A stretch of 64,000 nucleotides of DNA, taken from positions 2,295 to 66,294 of IMG/VR virus record IMGVR_UViG_3300027744_000019; one strand, written 5' to 3'. The stretch is from a virus (taxonomy: Duplodnaviria > Caudoviricetes). Below, piece after piece: positions 18,124 through 30,500 of this stretch. The notes under the pieces were generated by a model. It worked only from the letters and a program-made list of their open reading frames with translations. It was not told the origin of the DNA and did not search any database. The stretch's first letter is position 1; each line of letters starts with the position of its first letter. The translations under genes were made by a program, and so were the position numbers.

Positions 18124-21100
18124 AAATAATACTGATAACTTTAGCGCATTAGATTCTTTAGGACCACAGTTTGGTGGAATAAACAGACCTAACATAGATA
18201 TACAAAGCTATAAACCTTTTGAGGGAGATAGAATATCTATGCCTGAAATTAATTTTCCTACGGCTGGGAATTATAATTCTCCTATTCCCTCTTTTGATTC
18301 TATAGATAGACCTAACTTAAGCATTGAAAAAAATATAGTTAGACCTAAAGGTAAGACACCAAGGTTTGAAGATATTCAAAGTAGTTTACATGATTATGGT
18401 AAATCTATTCTTCAAAGTAATCAAGATCAGAACCAGTACGCTAAGATGTATTCTTACAATGCAGGTTCTAGTGGTAACTCTTATTATAAGAGATATGCTG
18501 CATATGGTCAAAAGAAATTTGATGAGATTGGTTTTACTCCATTAAGAGACAATGAAGCTGTCTTTAATGAAAGAACTACAGGTTGGAATGACTTTACTAG
18601 AATGATGCAGTACTCATTCTTTCCATTAGCATGGCAAGGATTTAAGTCAGCACCTAAGAGTCTTTTTAAACTTCTTCAAGGTGATCTTAGCGGAGACACA
18701 GAAGATGCTAGATTATATGAAGAAGCAGCTGGTATAGGTCAATCTACCAAAGGTGGTGTAGGTGGATTTATGAATAATGCTTTGATGAACTTTGGTTATA
18801 CAGCAGGTATTATGACAGAAGCTGTAGCAGAGTTTGCAGCAGAAGCATTAATTACTGGAGTAACCGGTGGTACTACAGGTGGAGTATTGGCAGCAAGAAC
18901 AGCAGCTAACTTACAAAGAATTGGAAAAGGTTTTTCTAAATTTACCATGCTTGACAAAGGCGGTGATTTATTTAGAAGTAGTCTTCAAGCTTTAGGTAAC
19001 TCACAAAATGCAAGAAATTTTTATAAGGCCGCAAATAGTAAAGTAGGTCAGTTCTTTAATCCTCTTACAAATACATTTGAAGCAGTAGCAGATGTGTATA
19101 AGATTGGTAAGTTTGATAACTTATCAGGTCTTGCTGCATTATCTAAAACAGCTGGTGGATTCTATAGAGATGTTAAAGGTATTAACCTTGCTCTTGCTGA
19201 AGCAAGACTTGAAGGCGGTATGGTTCAGAACTCTGTGTATGATAGTCTATATGACAAATACTATGAGAAGAATGGCAAAGCTCCATCTAATGAAATCCAA
19301 AAGGCATTTGAACAACAAGCTAAAGCTGCTTCTGCAGAAACAATTGCTTGGAACACAGCCCTCATATATGGTAGTAATAAAATTACTTTTCCTAATATTA
19401 TAAACCCTAAGGGTGGAGCAGGTAAGTTTTTAAGAAATGCTACAGAAGATATTTTAGAATTTAAAAATGCTGGTAAGGTTGTTTTCCAAAAAGCAAAAGA
19501 TGCTGCTGGTAAATTAACCAAAGGTGAGTTTAAATATCTTGATGGTAGTTTTAAAACTTATATGGAAACATTGAAAGATGTAGGTTTTAAAACGGCTACT
19601 AAAGATTTTGCAATAAAGGGAATTAAAGGATCTGTAGGATATTTTAAATCAAATGTTACTGAGGGTATTCAGGAGAACTTACAAGAGACTATTGCAGGTG
19701 CAATGGAAGGATACTATACTGATGCCTTTAATAATCCGGCAGTAAGATCTTATTTATATGCCCAAGGCTCAACTACCAATGCAATGAGAGATAAGTACTC
19801 TTATTTTGCAGATAAGTGGGCAGAAGAAAATCCATTTACTGAAAAAGGATTTGAAACATTTGCATCTGGTTTTGTAATGGGTATGTTTGCTAAACCTTTA
19901 AACAAAAGTGTTGAGTGGTTAAGTTTAGGTTATAATAAAATATTTGATGCTGAAGCATTTGAAGATTATAAAGAAAAGAAAGCTAACTACGGTAAACAAG
20001 TAGCTGCTCAATTAAATGCTTTATACTCAGATCCTAAACAATTCTTTGACTCAAAGATTTTTAATTATGCTACACAAAATAAAATAGCAGATATTAGAAA
20101 CTCTGGTAATAAAAAACAAACTCTTGATGCTGAAGATCATGCATTAGTTAGTGCTGTAACTTCAGCTTTACAAACTAATAGTATTGGTTTCTTTAGAGAT
20201 AACATTGCTGCAGTTAAGGAAATGACTCCAGAAGAAATTGAAACAGAGTTTGGTTTAGAAAAAGGTAAGGGTGTTGAATATCAACAAAGAGTAGATGAAG
20301 TTCTTACAAGAGTTGATAAGATATCTGAAAGATATGAGCAAATGGAATCTAGATATCCTAATCCTGTGGATTTAAGTGGATATGAAAAAGGTACAGATGC
20401 TTATAAAAAAGCAGCAATCTTTTCATCAGCATGGGATGTAGCAAAAGCAAATGCTATATTCATGAATGAAAGCTATGACAACGCTCGTAAGAGAATGGAT
20501 AGTATTGAAAGAACTATCAGAAGTCAAAAGCCATTATCCAAAATGACAGACTCTGAAGTTCAAGTTTTATTTAATCCATCTAGACTTAAGAATGAAGCTG
20601 AACTTTTACAAAGTGAGTTAGATTCACAAAGAGATACACTTTCTCCAGATGAAATATCTAAGAGAGAAAGAAAGATTGAAGCTGTTAAAGAACTTAAGAA
20701 GGCTTATGACTATTACTTTAAATACAATGTAATAGACAAAGAAGCTCAGATTGAGAAGATGCGTAGCCAAGGTCTATTTGATAATCAAGTAGATGATGAA
20801 GGTAATGCTATTGATCCAAAAGAACTTGAAGCAGAAGCAAGAGCAGAAATTGACAGACAACTGAGAGTTAAATCTAAGTCTGAAGAAAATACAACTAGAG
20901 CAGAAGCGGATCTTGAAGTAGCCTACAAAGAATACTTAAGATCTATTGCTAATCTTAATGATGAAGATTATTTTGATAGCAAAGCAGAAGAAGCTTTTGA
21001 ATTACTAATGGATAACTATAGACTAGGAAGAGAAGCTAATACTTTATCTTCTTATGTTAATATGCTCCATAATCCAAAAAGTTTTACTGAACATGTGGAA

Positions 21101-24100
21101 AGAAACTACACATGGATGCAGAAACTTTATGATAATAGAAAAGATTACTATGAGAATTTAATTAATCAAGAAATAGATCTTCGTGAACTTAACACTCTAT
21201 TAAATAAACTTGCTGATAAGAATATATTTATTAGTGCAGATGATGCATATGAGTTCCAAAGAAATGGTACTTTTCCTAATGAGTTTTTTGACGCAACAAG
21301 AAAAGCAGTAATTAGAGAAGGTCACCCAGATTATGATGAGTACATAGATCTATTTGACAAGGCTCTTAGACTTAAGATGCAAGATCCAAGAACTTATGCA
21401 AGAACTTTGGATGACATGCTTAATGCTGAGTTAATTAATCTTGATGTTGAACTCTCTAGAGAAATTGAAGCTTTACCAAAATCAGAAAGAGTAACTAAGA
21501 AAGGTAAACTACAGTTAAAGAATAACCTAGCTACAATAGAAGAACTCTCTGAGCAGTTAGCTGACGGAGATTATATTGATGCTAAACTTGTACAGGGTAA
21601 AGATGTATCTGAGATTACTGTTTACAAAGATGGTAATGTATTAAAACTTGGAGACAAGAATGGTGAGGAAATTACTATAGATGAATTTAATGGAGGATTT
21701 ACTTCCGGGGATATCTATAGAGTAGAGCTTAAACCAGATCCAGTTGAAGTTAAAAAATTAGAGAATCAATACTCTGAAAGAAAGCAAGATGTTATTAGAC
21801 TTAATATCCAAAAGCTTGAGGATGATGTACAGTTACAACAAAATGAATATGTACGCTTTACTGTTAATTCTCCATATGAATCTATGGATCCAGAGTTACA
21901 AGAACGTTTAAGTAATGCATTCAATAGTTACATAGAAACTGATGAAAAATTAATTGAGCAAGTTTCTGAAATGGAGGATGTTGAGATATTAAACATGCTT
22001 GATGACTTTATAAAAACTAATAAGGTTGCTGCAAATATCATTGAAGAATATAATATAGAGAAACTTGATGAAGCTGCTCAAAGACTTGCTGAAGCTAATG
22101 GTGCTCCTGAAATTGAATTTGAAGGACAAACATATGATCTTGAAACAATGGATCTTTCTGAAGTTAAAGACTTAGCTAAAAAATTAAAGTCTCAATATGA
22201 TAGACTTAACAAGAAACCAAATTCTGAAAAAACAAATGAAGAGAAAGAAACTGCATTAAGAGTGAAGTTTACTCTTGATTTAGTTCAAAGATATATTACA
22301 AAAAATGCTGAAGCTGAAGCAATTGCTAAAGAAGAAACATCTTCTGAAGAAACTCCAGTAGAAGAACCGCAAGCTGAACCTGCACAAAGTGTAGAAGGTA
22401 TCAATAAAGATATTAAAGCAAGAAGAGAAAGAGCTAAGAAAGCTCTTGCTAAAAGGGTTGCATTACTTACTGAAAAGAAAAATAGACTTGCTTCAGATGA
22501 AAGTGCTATTAAAGATACACTGAAACATTTACAAGAATTACTTGACAATAGTGTAGAGCTTACAGGTGTACAACTTGAAGCTGCAATGGGTGATGCTCAG
22601 CAAGTTACTGAAATGATTAAGGCTATTGTAGATTTTAAATACAAGAACCGACCTAAGACTAGAATTCTAAAAAGAGATATTAAAGCTCAAGTAGAAAGAG
22701 AATTTGAATTTGCAAAAAATACACTAGCTAAAATTGCCGAACTTAAGGCAGACCTTAAAGTAGTAGAAGCAAATAAGAAAGATCTTACTAACCAGATCAA
22801 CTATTATAATAATATGATAGCTGATCCTAATCTTAGTATTCTTACTAGGGCTGATATCCGCCAAAAGATTTCTAAGTTAGAAAAGAAACTTACTACAGTA
22901 GAAAAGTTAATCTCTATTCTGAAGAATGCTATTTCTAAATCTGTGGCTTATTTGAAAGAGTATCTAAATGTTTGGAACTCAAGATATAAGACAATGACAG
23001 ATTTCCAAAAGAAAACCGGATTCAAAATTTTATCTAAAGATGAACTTGGTGCTTTAATTAAATCTACCAATGCTAATTCTATTGCAAAAGCTGATTCATA
23101 TGCTGGATTAAAAGCTCAGTATGATAGTCTTGAACAAGCAGTTCTAGAAACTATTGATGATGTAGAATTCTTAGAGAAAGTACAGGATCAAGAACGCACA
23201 AGATTAAGTCAACTTGAAGCGGCAGCTGATAAATACTATGATCAAATTAGATATCTATATGAGTTATTAGATGATGTAGCTGAAGATATAGTAGCTAAGA
23301 ATACTCTTGAGGGTGCAACACCAGGATCTCCTAAAGCTGAAGCAACAGCTGCAACATCAGAAGATTTTTCTGGTGTAACAGATGTAACAGATAAAACAGC
23401 TCCTGTAGCTACATATAGCTTTGTTGATGCAGCAGAGACTGCAGACTTAGATGATATTGTTGGACCACCATCTGATATAGAAGCTAAAAAAGCTGATATA
23501 GAAAGAAGAAGACAAGAAGAGTTAAACAAAACCTTTGACAATAATAAAGGAGCTTTAGAAAGTCAGATTGAGAATGCTGTAAAAAGTAAAGGATGGGCTA
23601 TAAATAATGTATTGTTTCATGGAGGTCCTAAGTTTGACAAGTTCAAAAGAGAGTTTTTTCAAACTGGAGAGTACTCTAACGTAGATATGCGTAGAGTTGC
23701 TCAGTCTATGGGAGTTAGAATTCCTGAAGGAAGTTTTAGCTTTTCTGCTACTCCTATGACAGCTATTAACTATGCATTAACGTATGGAAAAAACAATCCT
23801 ACTTTATACATAGTTAATAATACAAAGGCTATTAATGCTGAGGAGCTGACAGGTAACGCTGAAAAAGATGCTCAAGAGTGGATTATAGATGGTGATAATA
23901 TTTCTGATATAATAACTGTTCCGTTAATTCCAAATGCTGATAAAATTAATGCTAAATATGATGCAGAACTAGCTGCTTTAGAAGAATCTACTCAAGAAGG
24001 TATCCAAGTAGTAACAGAAATTAATCCTGAGTTAAGGTCAATGCTTAACCAAATGGGTTATAAAAATAAGACTATTGATGCTCTTCCTAAGTCTATTCTT

Positions 24101-24505
24101 GAGCGCATTGTTAAAGAAGGTATTCCATCAGAAGAATATGGGTCAAGAGTCATTACTAAATCTCTTGCATCTCAAGCTGCATGGGCAACTCAAGCCACTC
24201 CAGTTACTATAACTGCTATTGAAAAAAGTGGTGTAAAACTTCAAAAAGTTAATGGAACGGAGACTATTTTTCTTACCTTTGATCAACTAGAAAATAGCAC
24301 TGTAGAAAAACAAAAACTACCTACTATGAAAGACACAGAAACAGTTGTTGAGGTCACTCCTGAAGTTAAAGAGTTCTTATCTAAAGGAACTAATGCAGCA
24401 TCCGCATATGCTAAAACAGACATAGACAACTTAGAAGAAACTGTTAAGAATTCTAAACTTGAAGGTTTAGAAAATGATTTATTTAACCTAGAAATTTGTG
24501 AATAA
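18113..24505 (+). CDS. Large ejection-type protein with hydrophobic N-terminal segments, long coiled coil and inserted ADP-ribosyltransferase-like domain
   Basis: 2130 aa. Gly/Ala-rich hydrophobic stretch (FGYTAGIMTEAVAEFAAEALITGVTGGTTGGVLAA), EGIQENLQE motif and heptad-rich region at about 22300-23250. ART-like segment LFHGGPKFDKF...FSFSATPMTAINYA...AQEWII at 23612-23890. Confidence 0.6.
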   Translation: MASENNTDNFSALDSLGPQFGGINRPNIDIQSYKPFEGDRISMPEINFPTAGNYNSPIPSFDSIDRPNLSIEKNIVRPKGKTPRFEDIQSSLHDYGKSILQSNQDQNQYAKMYSYNAGSSGNSYYKRYAAYGQKKFDEIGFTPLRDNEAVFNERTTGWNDFTRMMQYSFFPLAWQGFKSAPKSLFKLLQGDLSGDTEDARLYEEAAGIGQSTKGGVGGFMNNALMNFGYTAGIMTEAVAEFAAEALITGVTGGTTGGVLAARTAANLQRIGKGFSKFTMLDKGGDLFRSSLQALGNSQNARNFYKAANSKVGQFFNPLTNTFEAVADVYKIGKFDNLSGLAALSKTAGGFYRDVKGINLALAEARLEGGMVQNSVYDSLYDKYYEKNGKAPSNEIQKAFEQQAKAASAETIAWNTALIYGSNKITFPNIINPKGGAGKFLRNATEDILEFKNAGKVVFQKAKDAAGKLTKGEFKYLDGSFKTYMETLKDVGFKTATKDFAIKGIKGSVGYFKSNVTEGIQENLQETIAGAMEGYYTDAFNNPAVRSYLYAQGSTTNAMRDKYSYFADKWAEENPFTEKGFETFASGFVMGMFAKPLNKSVEWLSLGYNKIFDAEAFEDYKEKKANYGKQVAAQLNALYSDPKQFFDSKIFNYATQNKIADIRNSGNKKQTLDAEDHALVSAVTSALQTNSIGFFRDNIAAVKEMTPEEIETEFGLEKGKGVEYQQRVDEVLTRVDKISERYEQMESRYPNPVDLSGYEKGTDAYKKAAIFSSAWDVAKANAIFMNESYDNARKRMDSIERTIRSQKPLSKMTDSEVQVLFNPSRLKNEAELLQSELDSQRDTLSPDEISKRERKIEAVKELKKAYDYYFKYNVIDKEAQIEKMRSQGLFDNQVDDEGNAIDPKELEAEARAEIDRQLRVKSKSEENTTRAEADLEVAYKEYLRSIANLNDEDYFDSKAEEAFELLMDNYRLGREANTLSSYVNMLHNPKSFTEHVERNYTWMQKLYDNRKDYYENLINQEIDLRELNTLLNKLADKNIFISADDAYEFQRNGTFPNEFFDATRKAVIREGHPDYDEYIDLFDKALRLKMQDPRTYARTLDDMLNAELINLDVELSREIEALPKSERVTKKGKLQLKNNLATIEELSEQLADGDYIDAKLVQGKDVSEITVYKDGNVLKLGDKNGEEITIDEFNGGFTSGDIYRVELKPDPVEVKKLENQYSERKQDVIRLNIQKLEDDVQLQQNEYVRFTVNSPYESMDPELQERLSNAFNSYIETDEKLIEQVSEMEDVEILNMLDDFIKTNKVAANIIEEYNIEKLDEAAQRLAEANGAPEIEFEGQTYDLETMDLSEVKDLAKKLKSQYDRLNKKPNSEKTNEEKETALRVKFTLDLVQRYITKNAEAEAIAKEETSSEETPVEEPQAEPAQSVEGINKDIKARRERAKKALAKRVALLTEKKNRLASDESAIKDTLKHLQELLDNSVELTGVQLEAAMGDAQQVTEMIKAIVDFKYKNRPKTRILKRDIKAQVEREFEFAKNTLAKIAELKADLKVVEANKKDLTNQINYYNNMIADPNLSILTRADIRQKISKLEKKLTTVEKLISILKNAISKSVAYLKEYLNVWNSRYKTMTDFQKKTGFKILSKDELGALIKSTNANSIAKADSYAGLKAQYDSLEQAVLETIDDVEFLEKVQDQERTRLSQLEAAADKYYDQIRYLYELLDDVAEDIVAKNTLEGATPGSPKAEATAATSEDFSGVTDVTDKTAPVATYSFVDAAETADLDDIVGPPSDIEAKKADIERRRQEELNKTFDNNKGALESQIENAVKSKGWAINNVLFHGGPKFDKFKREFFQTGEYSNVDMRRVAQSMGVRIPEGSFSFSATPMTAINYALTYGKNNPTLYIVNNTKAINAEELTGNAEKDAQEWIIDGDNISDIITVPLIPNADKINAKYDAELAALEESTQEGIQVVTEINPELRSMLNQMGYKNKTIDALPKSILERIVKEGIPSEEYGSRVITKSLASQAAWATQATPVTITAIEKSGVKLQKVNGTETIFLTFDQLENSTVEKQKLPTMKDTETVVEVTPEVKEFLSKGTNAASAYAKTDIDNLEETVKNSKLEGLENDLFNLEICE

Positions 24506-27500
24506 TGGCAATTACTTGCGCACTTGGTCCTAAACATATTGATGCATTAGCAAAAGCAATCTACAAAAAAATGTCAACGCTTCCTCAAGGGGAAGTTTTT
24601 GACATTAATGGGTATATGGATTATCTATACCAGAATATTGCAGAGAAGCAAGGTGTTGATAATGCATTACAATACATGCAACAGTTTCCGTACTTAGCTA
24701 ATATTATTGCAGCTAAGCTTATAGATGTTGTTGAGATTGACCCAAGTGTGAACTTAGGTGCTATGGCTAAAGCTTATAGAAATCCAGATACAGGATGGCA
24801 AGCAGTTAATGCTAGGTTCAATACTGAGCTTACTCCTGAAGCTATGGATGCTTTATCAGACTATGAAGCTAACACTCCATCACAAGAAGATTATGAGGAT
24901 GAGATTCCAGAACCAATTACAGAAGCTTCAGATGATAGATTAAAAGCAAGCACAGCTTTGTCCGGTACATTACAACAGTTTCTTACAAAGAACCCTAATG
25001 ATAAAGCTGAAGATGTAATTGAAACTCCAGATCCAAGTAAGACATATATTAAACTTACTATATCAAAGATTCAAAATATTGCAAAAGATTTAGCAATTGG
25101 TTCTACTATAAATTACCAAGGTAAATTTTTAAGATTAAAAGTTGTTAATCTTGCCTCAGTACCAAGAGATGAAAGAACTCCAGAGACAGATGCTCTTGTT
25201 GGTAGAATGATTGGTATCTCAGATGAGGAAACAAAAAAGAATGATGTTACTCCATTAAATCAGTTATTTGCTCTTGTGCTTACTGATGAAACAGGTAATA
25301 CAATATACTTTAATCAAAATGGAGATGTTACTACCAAACAAAACTTTGGTAAACCTGTGTATCAAATGATGCGGGATGTACGTTTCCAAAACAATAGATT
25401 TACAGTAAGAGACATTTACAATAAAGAAGATCAGATTATTAGTCCTAAAGATGAGGCTATTAATACAATTAGACTTATGGGATATAAATCTATATCTCAA
25501 TATGAGGCTAATGAAAATACTACATTTAAAGAGCTTATTGCTACTATTGATAAACAACAACAAACTCAGTTTAAACAACTATATGACCTTAAGCAACAAG
25601 CAATGAAGAGTAAGGCTCCTTTGTTATTTGTTACAGGAGCTAGTGTAGGGGTATTAAATGAAAGAGTTAAGCAAGATATTAATTTATCTGATGTTGCTGC
25701 AATGCAATCAGATGCAATCAATACTTTTTTAATACTTAATGAGCCTGCTTATGGTTTACGTTCTGGTACTGCCATTATTACTATAAATGGTGAAACATTT
25801 CCTGTTGATAGAACAGATATCCCTAAAGATGTTTCTGAGAAAATAGCACAAGTCTTACAGTCTCAAACTATTAGTAACAACGATAAAATTCTTTTCTACA
25901 ATCAGTTTTTTAATGATGAAGTAGTTAACTTAAAAACTGATAAAGAAAAACAAGATACTTCATTTGTAACTTCAACAAGAAGACATAAATTAGTTAAATC
26001 TAAATCCGGTAAACCATTTTTTGTTTATGCTGATTATACTTTAGCTGAGCTCAATGCTAATAAGCAATTAGTTAATAAAGTAAACTTTGTTCCATTAGAT
26101 GGTAGTCAACAAAGTATTGATAAGATTAAAGAAATTTTAAATGGAGGTAAGGCTTCTGTTAAAGATGGTAATGTAAAAAAGTTTGGTGCTAAACTAAACT
26201 ATATGAATAATAGATTAACTAGTGACTTCTATGACTATGTAGATGGTAAACTAGTTAAGTCTGGTACGTATAAAGATTTTCTTACAAGATTAAATCCTAA
26301 AATTTTAATTTCTAAAACTGCAGGGTTACCGTTATATAACTCATACATTAGATTTGCTATTCCTGATGCAAGATCTTCTCAAGTAAATAAAGCACAAGAA
26401 AGAGCTAAAGAAGATTCAAGATCAGCAGTACGTAAGTTTAAAGATAACATGGTTGAGGTCATTAAAGATGCTGAACCTAAAGCTATTAAAGTTAAAGTCA
26501 CTAATGTAATTGAAAAACAGTATGCTGATAAAAGACCAAGCACTTATAACTATGATGTTGTTATAGAAGGGCAAGAAGGCAAACATAGATTTTATGGTGC
26601 AAAATCAATAGTAAATATAGGAGATACTTATTACTTGACTGTAGAAGATGTTATAGATGGTGGTTTCTTATTTAAAGATACAGTTAAAGCTCGTGTAGAC
26701 TCAAAGAAGAGTGGTGCTCTTGATATGGGTTCACTTGGAGAAAGAGATTTTAAAACTGAAGATTCAAGAGGTATTCCAATTGAAACAGTTGCTGCAGCAG
26801 AAACAGAACAAGCTATAGAATTAGATGAAGTTACACCCGCACCTAATACATTGCCAGAGGATCAAGTTGAAGCTGACCAAGAAGAATATATTAATCCATC
26901 TAATACAACACAACCTTCAGATGGTTCTCCTGTATCAAGAAGATTTAAGAGAGACTATGGTAAATTTAAATTAGATAGATCTGCTGAGTTATCTAATGAA
27001 GTTACACAAGAGCAAATAGATGCTGCAACTACATGGTGGAATAATTCTCCGCTTTCTAAATTCATTTCATTAGAACATGTAGCAAACATTGTTAACTCTA
27101 ATGTATATGCAAGATTTATTGCAGCTGGTTCTGAGCTTCTTGCTGAACAAAATTTAGATGGTAAACTTGGTAAGATCCTTATCAATGAAGCTACTAAAGG
27201 TTCAATGGTAGACACTTACCATGAAGCATGGCACGTATTCTCTCAGTTATTCTTGACAAGAGAAGAGAAATTAAAATTATATAATGAGGTTAGAAATTCT
27301 GATCCTAAGTTTAAAAATCTATCTGCACGCGCTATTGAAGAAGTACTAGCAGAGGACTTTAGATCTTATGCTCTTTCTCCAAAAACTAAAAAAGGTGCCC
27401 CTGTAAGAAATACTTTATTTAGAAGAATACTTAATTTCTTGAAAAAGTTATTTACCGGGAAACAATCTTTAGCTAACCAAATACAACCACAGAAAATTTC

Positions 27501-30500
27501 TACCTATGGTGTAGCAGGAGAGTTGTTTAATAAACTATACTTTGCATCTAACAATCCAGAGTTACTTAATGATTATACTCCATTAGTTGACAATGTTCAA
27601 TGGGACATGCTTAACCGTGGGGTTAGACAACAAGGTGATTATAAAGAAGATGCTCTTAATGATAGAGACTCATTAGATCTTTCTAATGCATTAGATTCAT
27701 TAATCTCAGAAGAAATTGATAATGCTTATCTCTATACTAAAGAACATAATGGAGCTGATGCAAATAAGAGTGGTTCAATTAATATTCTTTTAAAGGATGA
27801 TAATAAAACTGTTCTGTATGAATTCTTAAAAGAAGAACTTCAGGATAGAGTTGATGCCATTAAGGATAAGCTTCCTGTTAAACCAGCTACTCCATTTAAT
27901 ACTTTAAACACTCTTGATAAAATTTCTAAAAATGCAATTGCTGTAATTAAGAATTCTAAAGGAGATGATGAATACTTTTTTCTTAGAACACAAATTGAAG
28001 ACTTTGACAATCTTAACCTAGACAGTAAAAAAGGTGAAAGAGTTAAAGGAGAGATTTACAAAGATGCAGAAGTTATTGGAGACTTTTATACTCACAAATC
28101 AATTAAGGGTGTAGATAAGACTCCTGCAAACATTGTTATTGTAAATAGTATTGAGGAAGCTAGAGCTCAGTTTGAAGCTTATAAAAATGATACAAATTAC
28201 ACTGAGATTATTGAGAACCCAAATGCGGGAACTACTCAACCAGATTTAGACTTTGCTGAACAACAAGATCTTGATAGATTAAGAATTTTCCAAACTGCTA
28301 TTAAAAACTGGAATAATGTAATTAAGTTTCACAAAGAACATTCAGACTTTAACATCATTAATAAAAAAGTTGCTTTACAAGAATCAGATCCAGAATCAAA
28401 TACTGAAGAAGCTAATAATGATAAGAATGAGGAAGGTGGAGAAAATTTTAACTCTAGCGTAGGGGATATTACTCTTCAACAGTTAGCTGATAATGAAGTA
28501 ATCTACATGCTCAAGAGTTTATTTGCTTTGAATAAAGCTGGTAACTATGAGTATGACAGACTTGGTTTCAAAAAGAGAGCAAGTTTTAAAAAGGTGTGGA
28601 ATGCACTTGTAAGATCAACTAACAGTGCCAAAGATCCACAGGAAATCTATAATAGAATACTTGCAGCATCTGCTACGTATCCTGAATTAAAGCAACTTGT
28701 AGACTATAAATTACCTAATCCAGAAGTTGAAGACCATAAGAATGGTACAAGCTTTAGTATTACTACTTCTTTTTGGAATGCATTTAGTCTTCCAAGAGTT
28801 AAGTATATACAATTACTTGTAAATGAAGATAAGTCAGGTACTACTACTGAGGTAACTAATACTTCAATGGATGTTGGTAGTACTAAAAGAAAGTTTACAA
28901 GTTTATTTAAAGCAGAGAAGCCAAATAAATTTATTACTAAAGATAAATTTAATAATAACATCTTAAATCTAAACGCTATTGTTCAAGAGTTTATGGCTCT
29001 TGATGGTACACTGAAAAGCGGTGACAATGCTGAATATAAATTCCTAAGAGCTATTGGATTTAAATATGATGATTTAGGTAAAATTAAAGAAACTTTAAGT
29101 AATCCAGCTAAACGTCAAGAATATAGTATTGCATTTTTATTTAAGGCTGTAAAAGAACTTCGTGATGCGCAGTCATCAGGTAATGCTACAGAAGAAGCTT
29201 GGAAAATAATTAATGCATTTAAGTCAAATCCAATTGAAACTTTATCTAAAGGTTTTCCAGCAGGTGTTGTCGGTGCACCTAATTCTGCTATTTATATAGA
29301 CGGTTTAAAATTAAGCACTGCTGTAAGTAGACTTATTGAGTTGCAAAATAAGTACGGAGCAACAAGTTCTAATTTCAGTGTACTTAATGCAGCTAAGAAA
29401 AGAGTTAATGAGCATACTACTGATAACACATTAACAGTAATTGTTGACGCTCTTAATACTGCTAAAAATAAAACTGATCTATTTAAGCAAGGATCTATTA
29501 CAAGTTACTTAGACCCAAGAAGAAATCCTTGGACTAATAATCTTCAAACATTTAATACATTGTTTGATGCAAGTAATAAAAAGAGAGAAGGTAGATCAAT
29601 TGCAGTTGAAATGTCATCCGGTACTCAAATATCTGGTAAAGATGGTACAACTACAACAGATCTAGATCCAAGAAGTAAATTCATTCAAGAGTTTCATACC
29701 ATGCTTAAGTCTGGTATACAAGAAATTCTTAGACCTGGATCTAAGTCATCTTCATTTGGATGGAGAATAGATGGTGGTATTGAGTTTCCAGGTATTGGTA
29801 AAAAAGATGATAAACATCTTTATATTGATTTAGACACATTCCTCAATCTTAATGATGAGTTAGATGCTATTGAAAAGATAATTCTTCCGTATGTATCATC
29901 TGAAGTAGCTAGAATTAACATCTTTAAAACCAATCCAGAAGCTAAAAACTATATTGGATATAACAAACCTGGCAGAGATGGTAAGCCATCTGGAGAACAG
30001 TTTAATTATTTTGATGGTATATTAACTGATACAACTAAAAAAGAAATTCTATCTAAAGTAAATACAACTGAGATAGATCTTTTAAACTACATCACTACTG
30101 ACCCAGCACTTAAAGAAAAAATTCTTAAGGAAACTCAAAGTTATTTTGAAGCTAAGTCTAAAAAGCTTTATGACTATTTACAAGAAGCTAAATACGTTGA
30201 TCCTAAATTAATGGAAAGATTTAATCTTCCTGGGTTCACTGCAGCACAGAAAGAAAATCTTTTGATGAAGGGTTATATGTATAACTCATGGATTCATAAT
30301 CTAGAGACATCAGTTATATTCTATGGTGATATTGCACAATATGATCATCCTAAACAAGGCTTTCATAAAAGAACTTCCGGTTTAATTTCTAATGGTCGTA
30401 GAGTTAGAACTGATGTTGCTGCTATTAGATATATTAATGAGCAATTTAATGCAAATGGTAAAACCTATGCATCTACACTCCCAGAAAAGTATAATAAATT

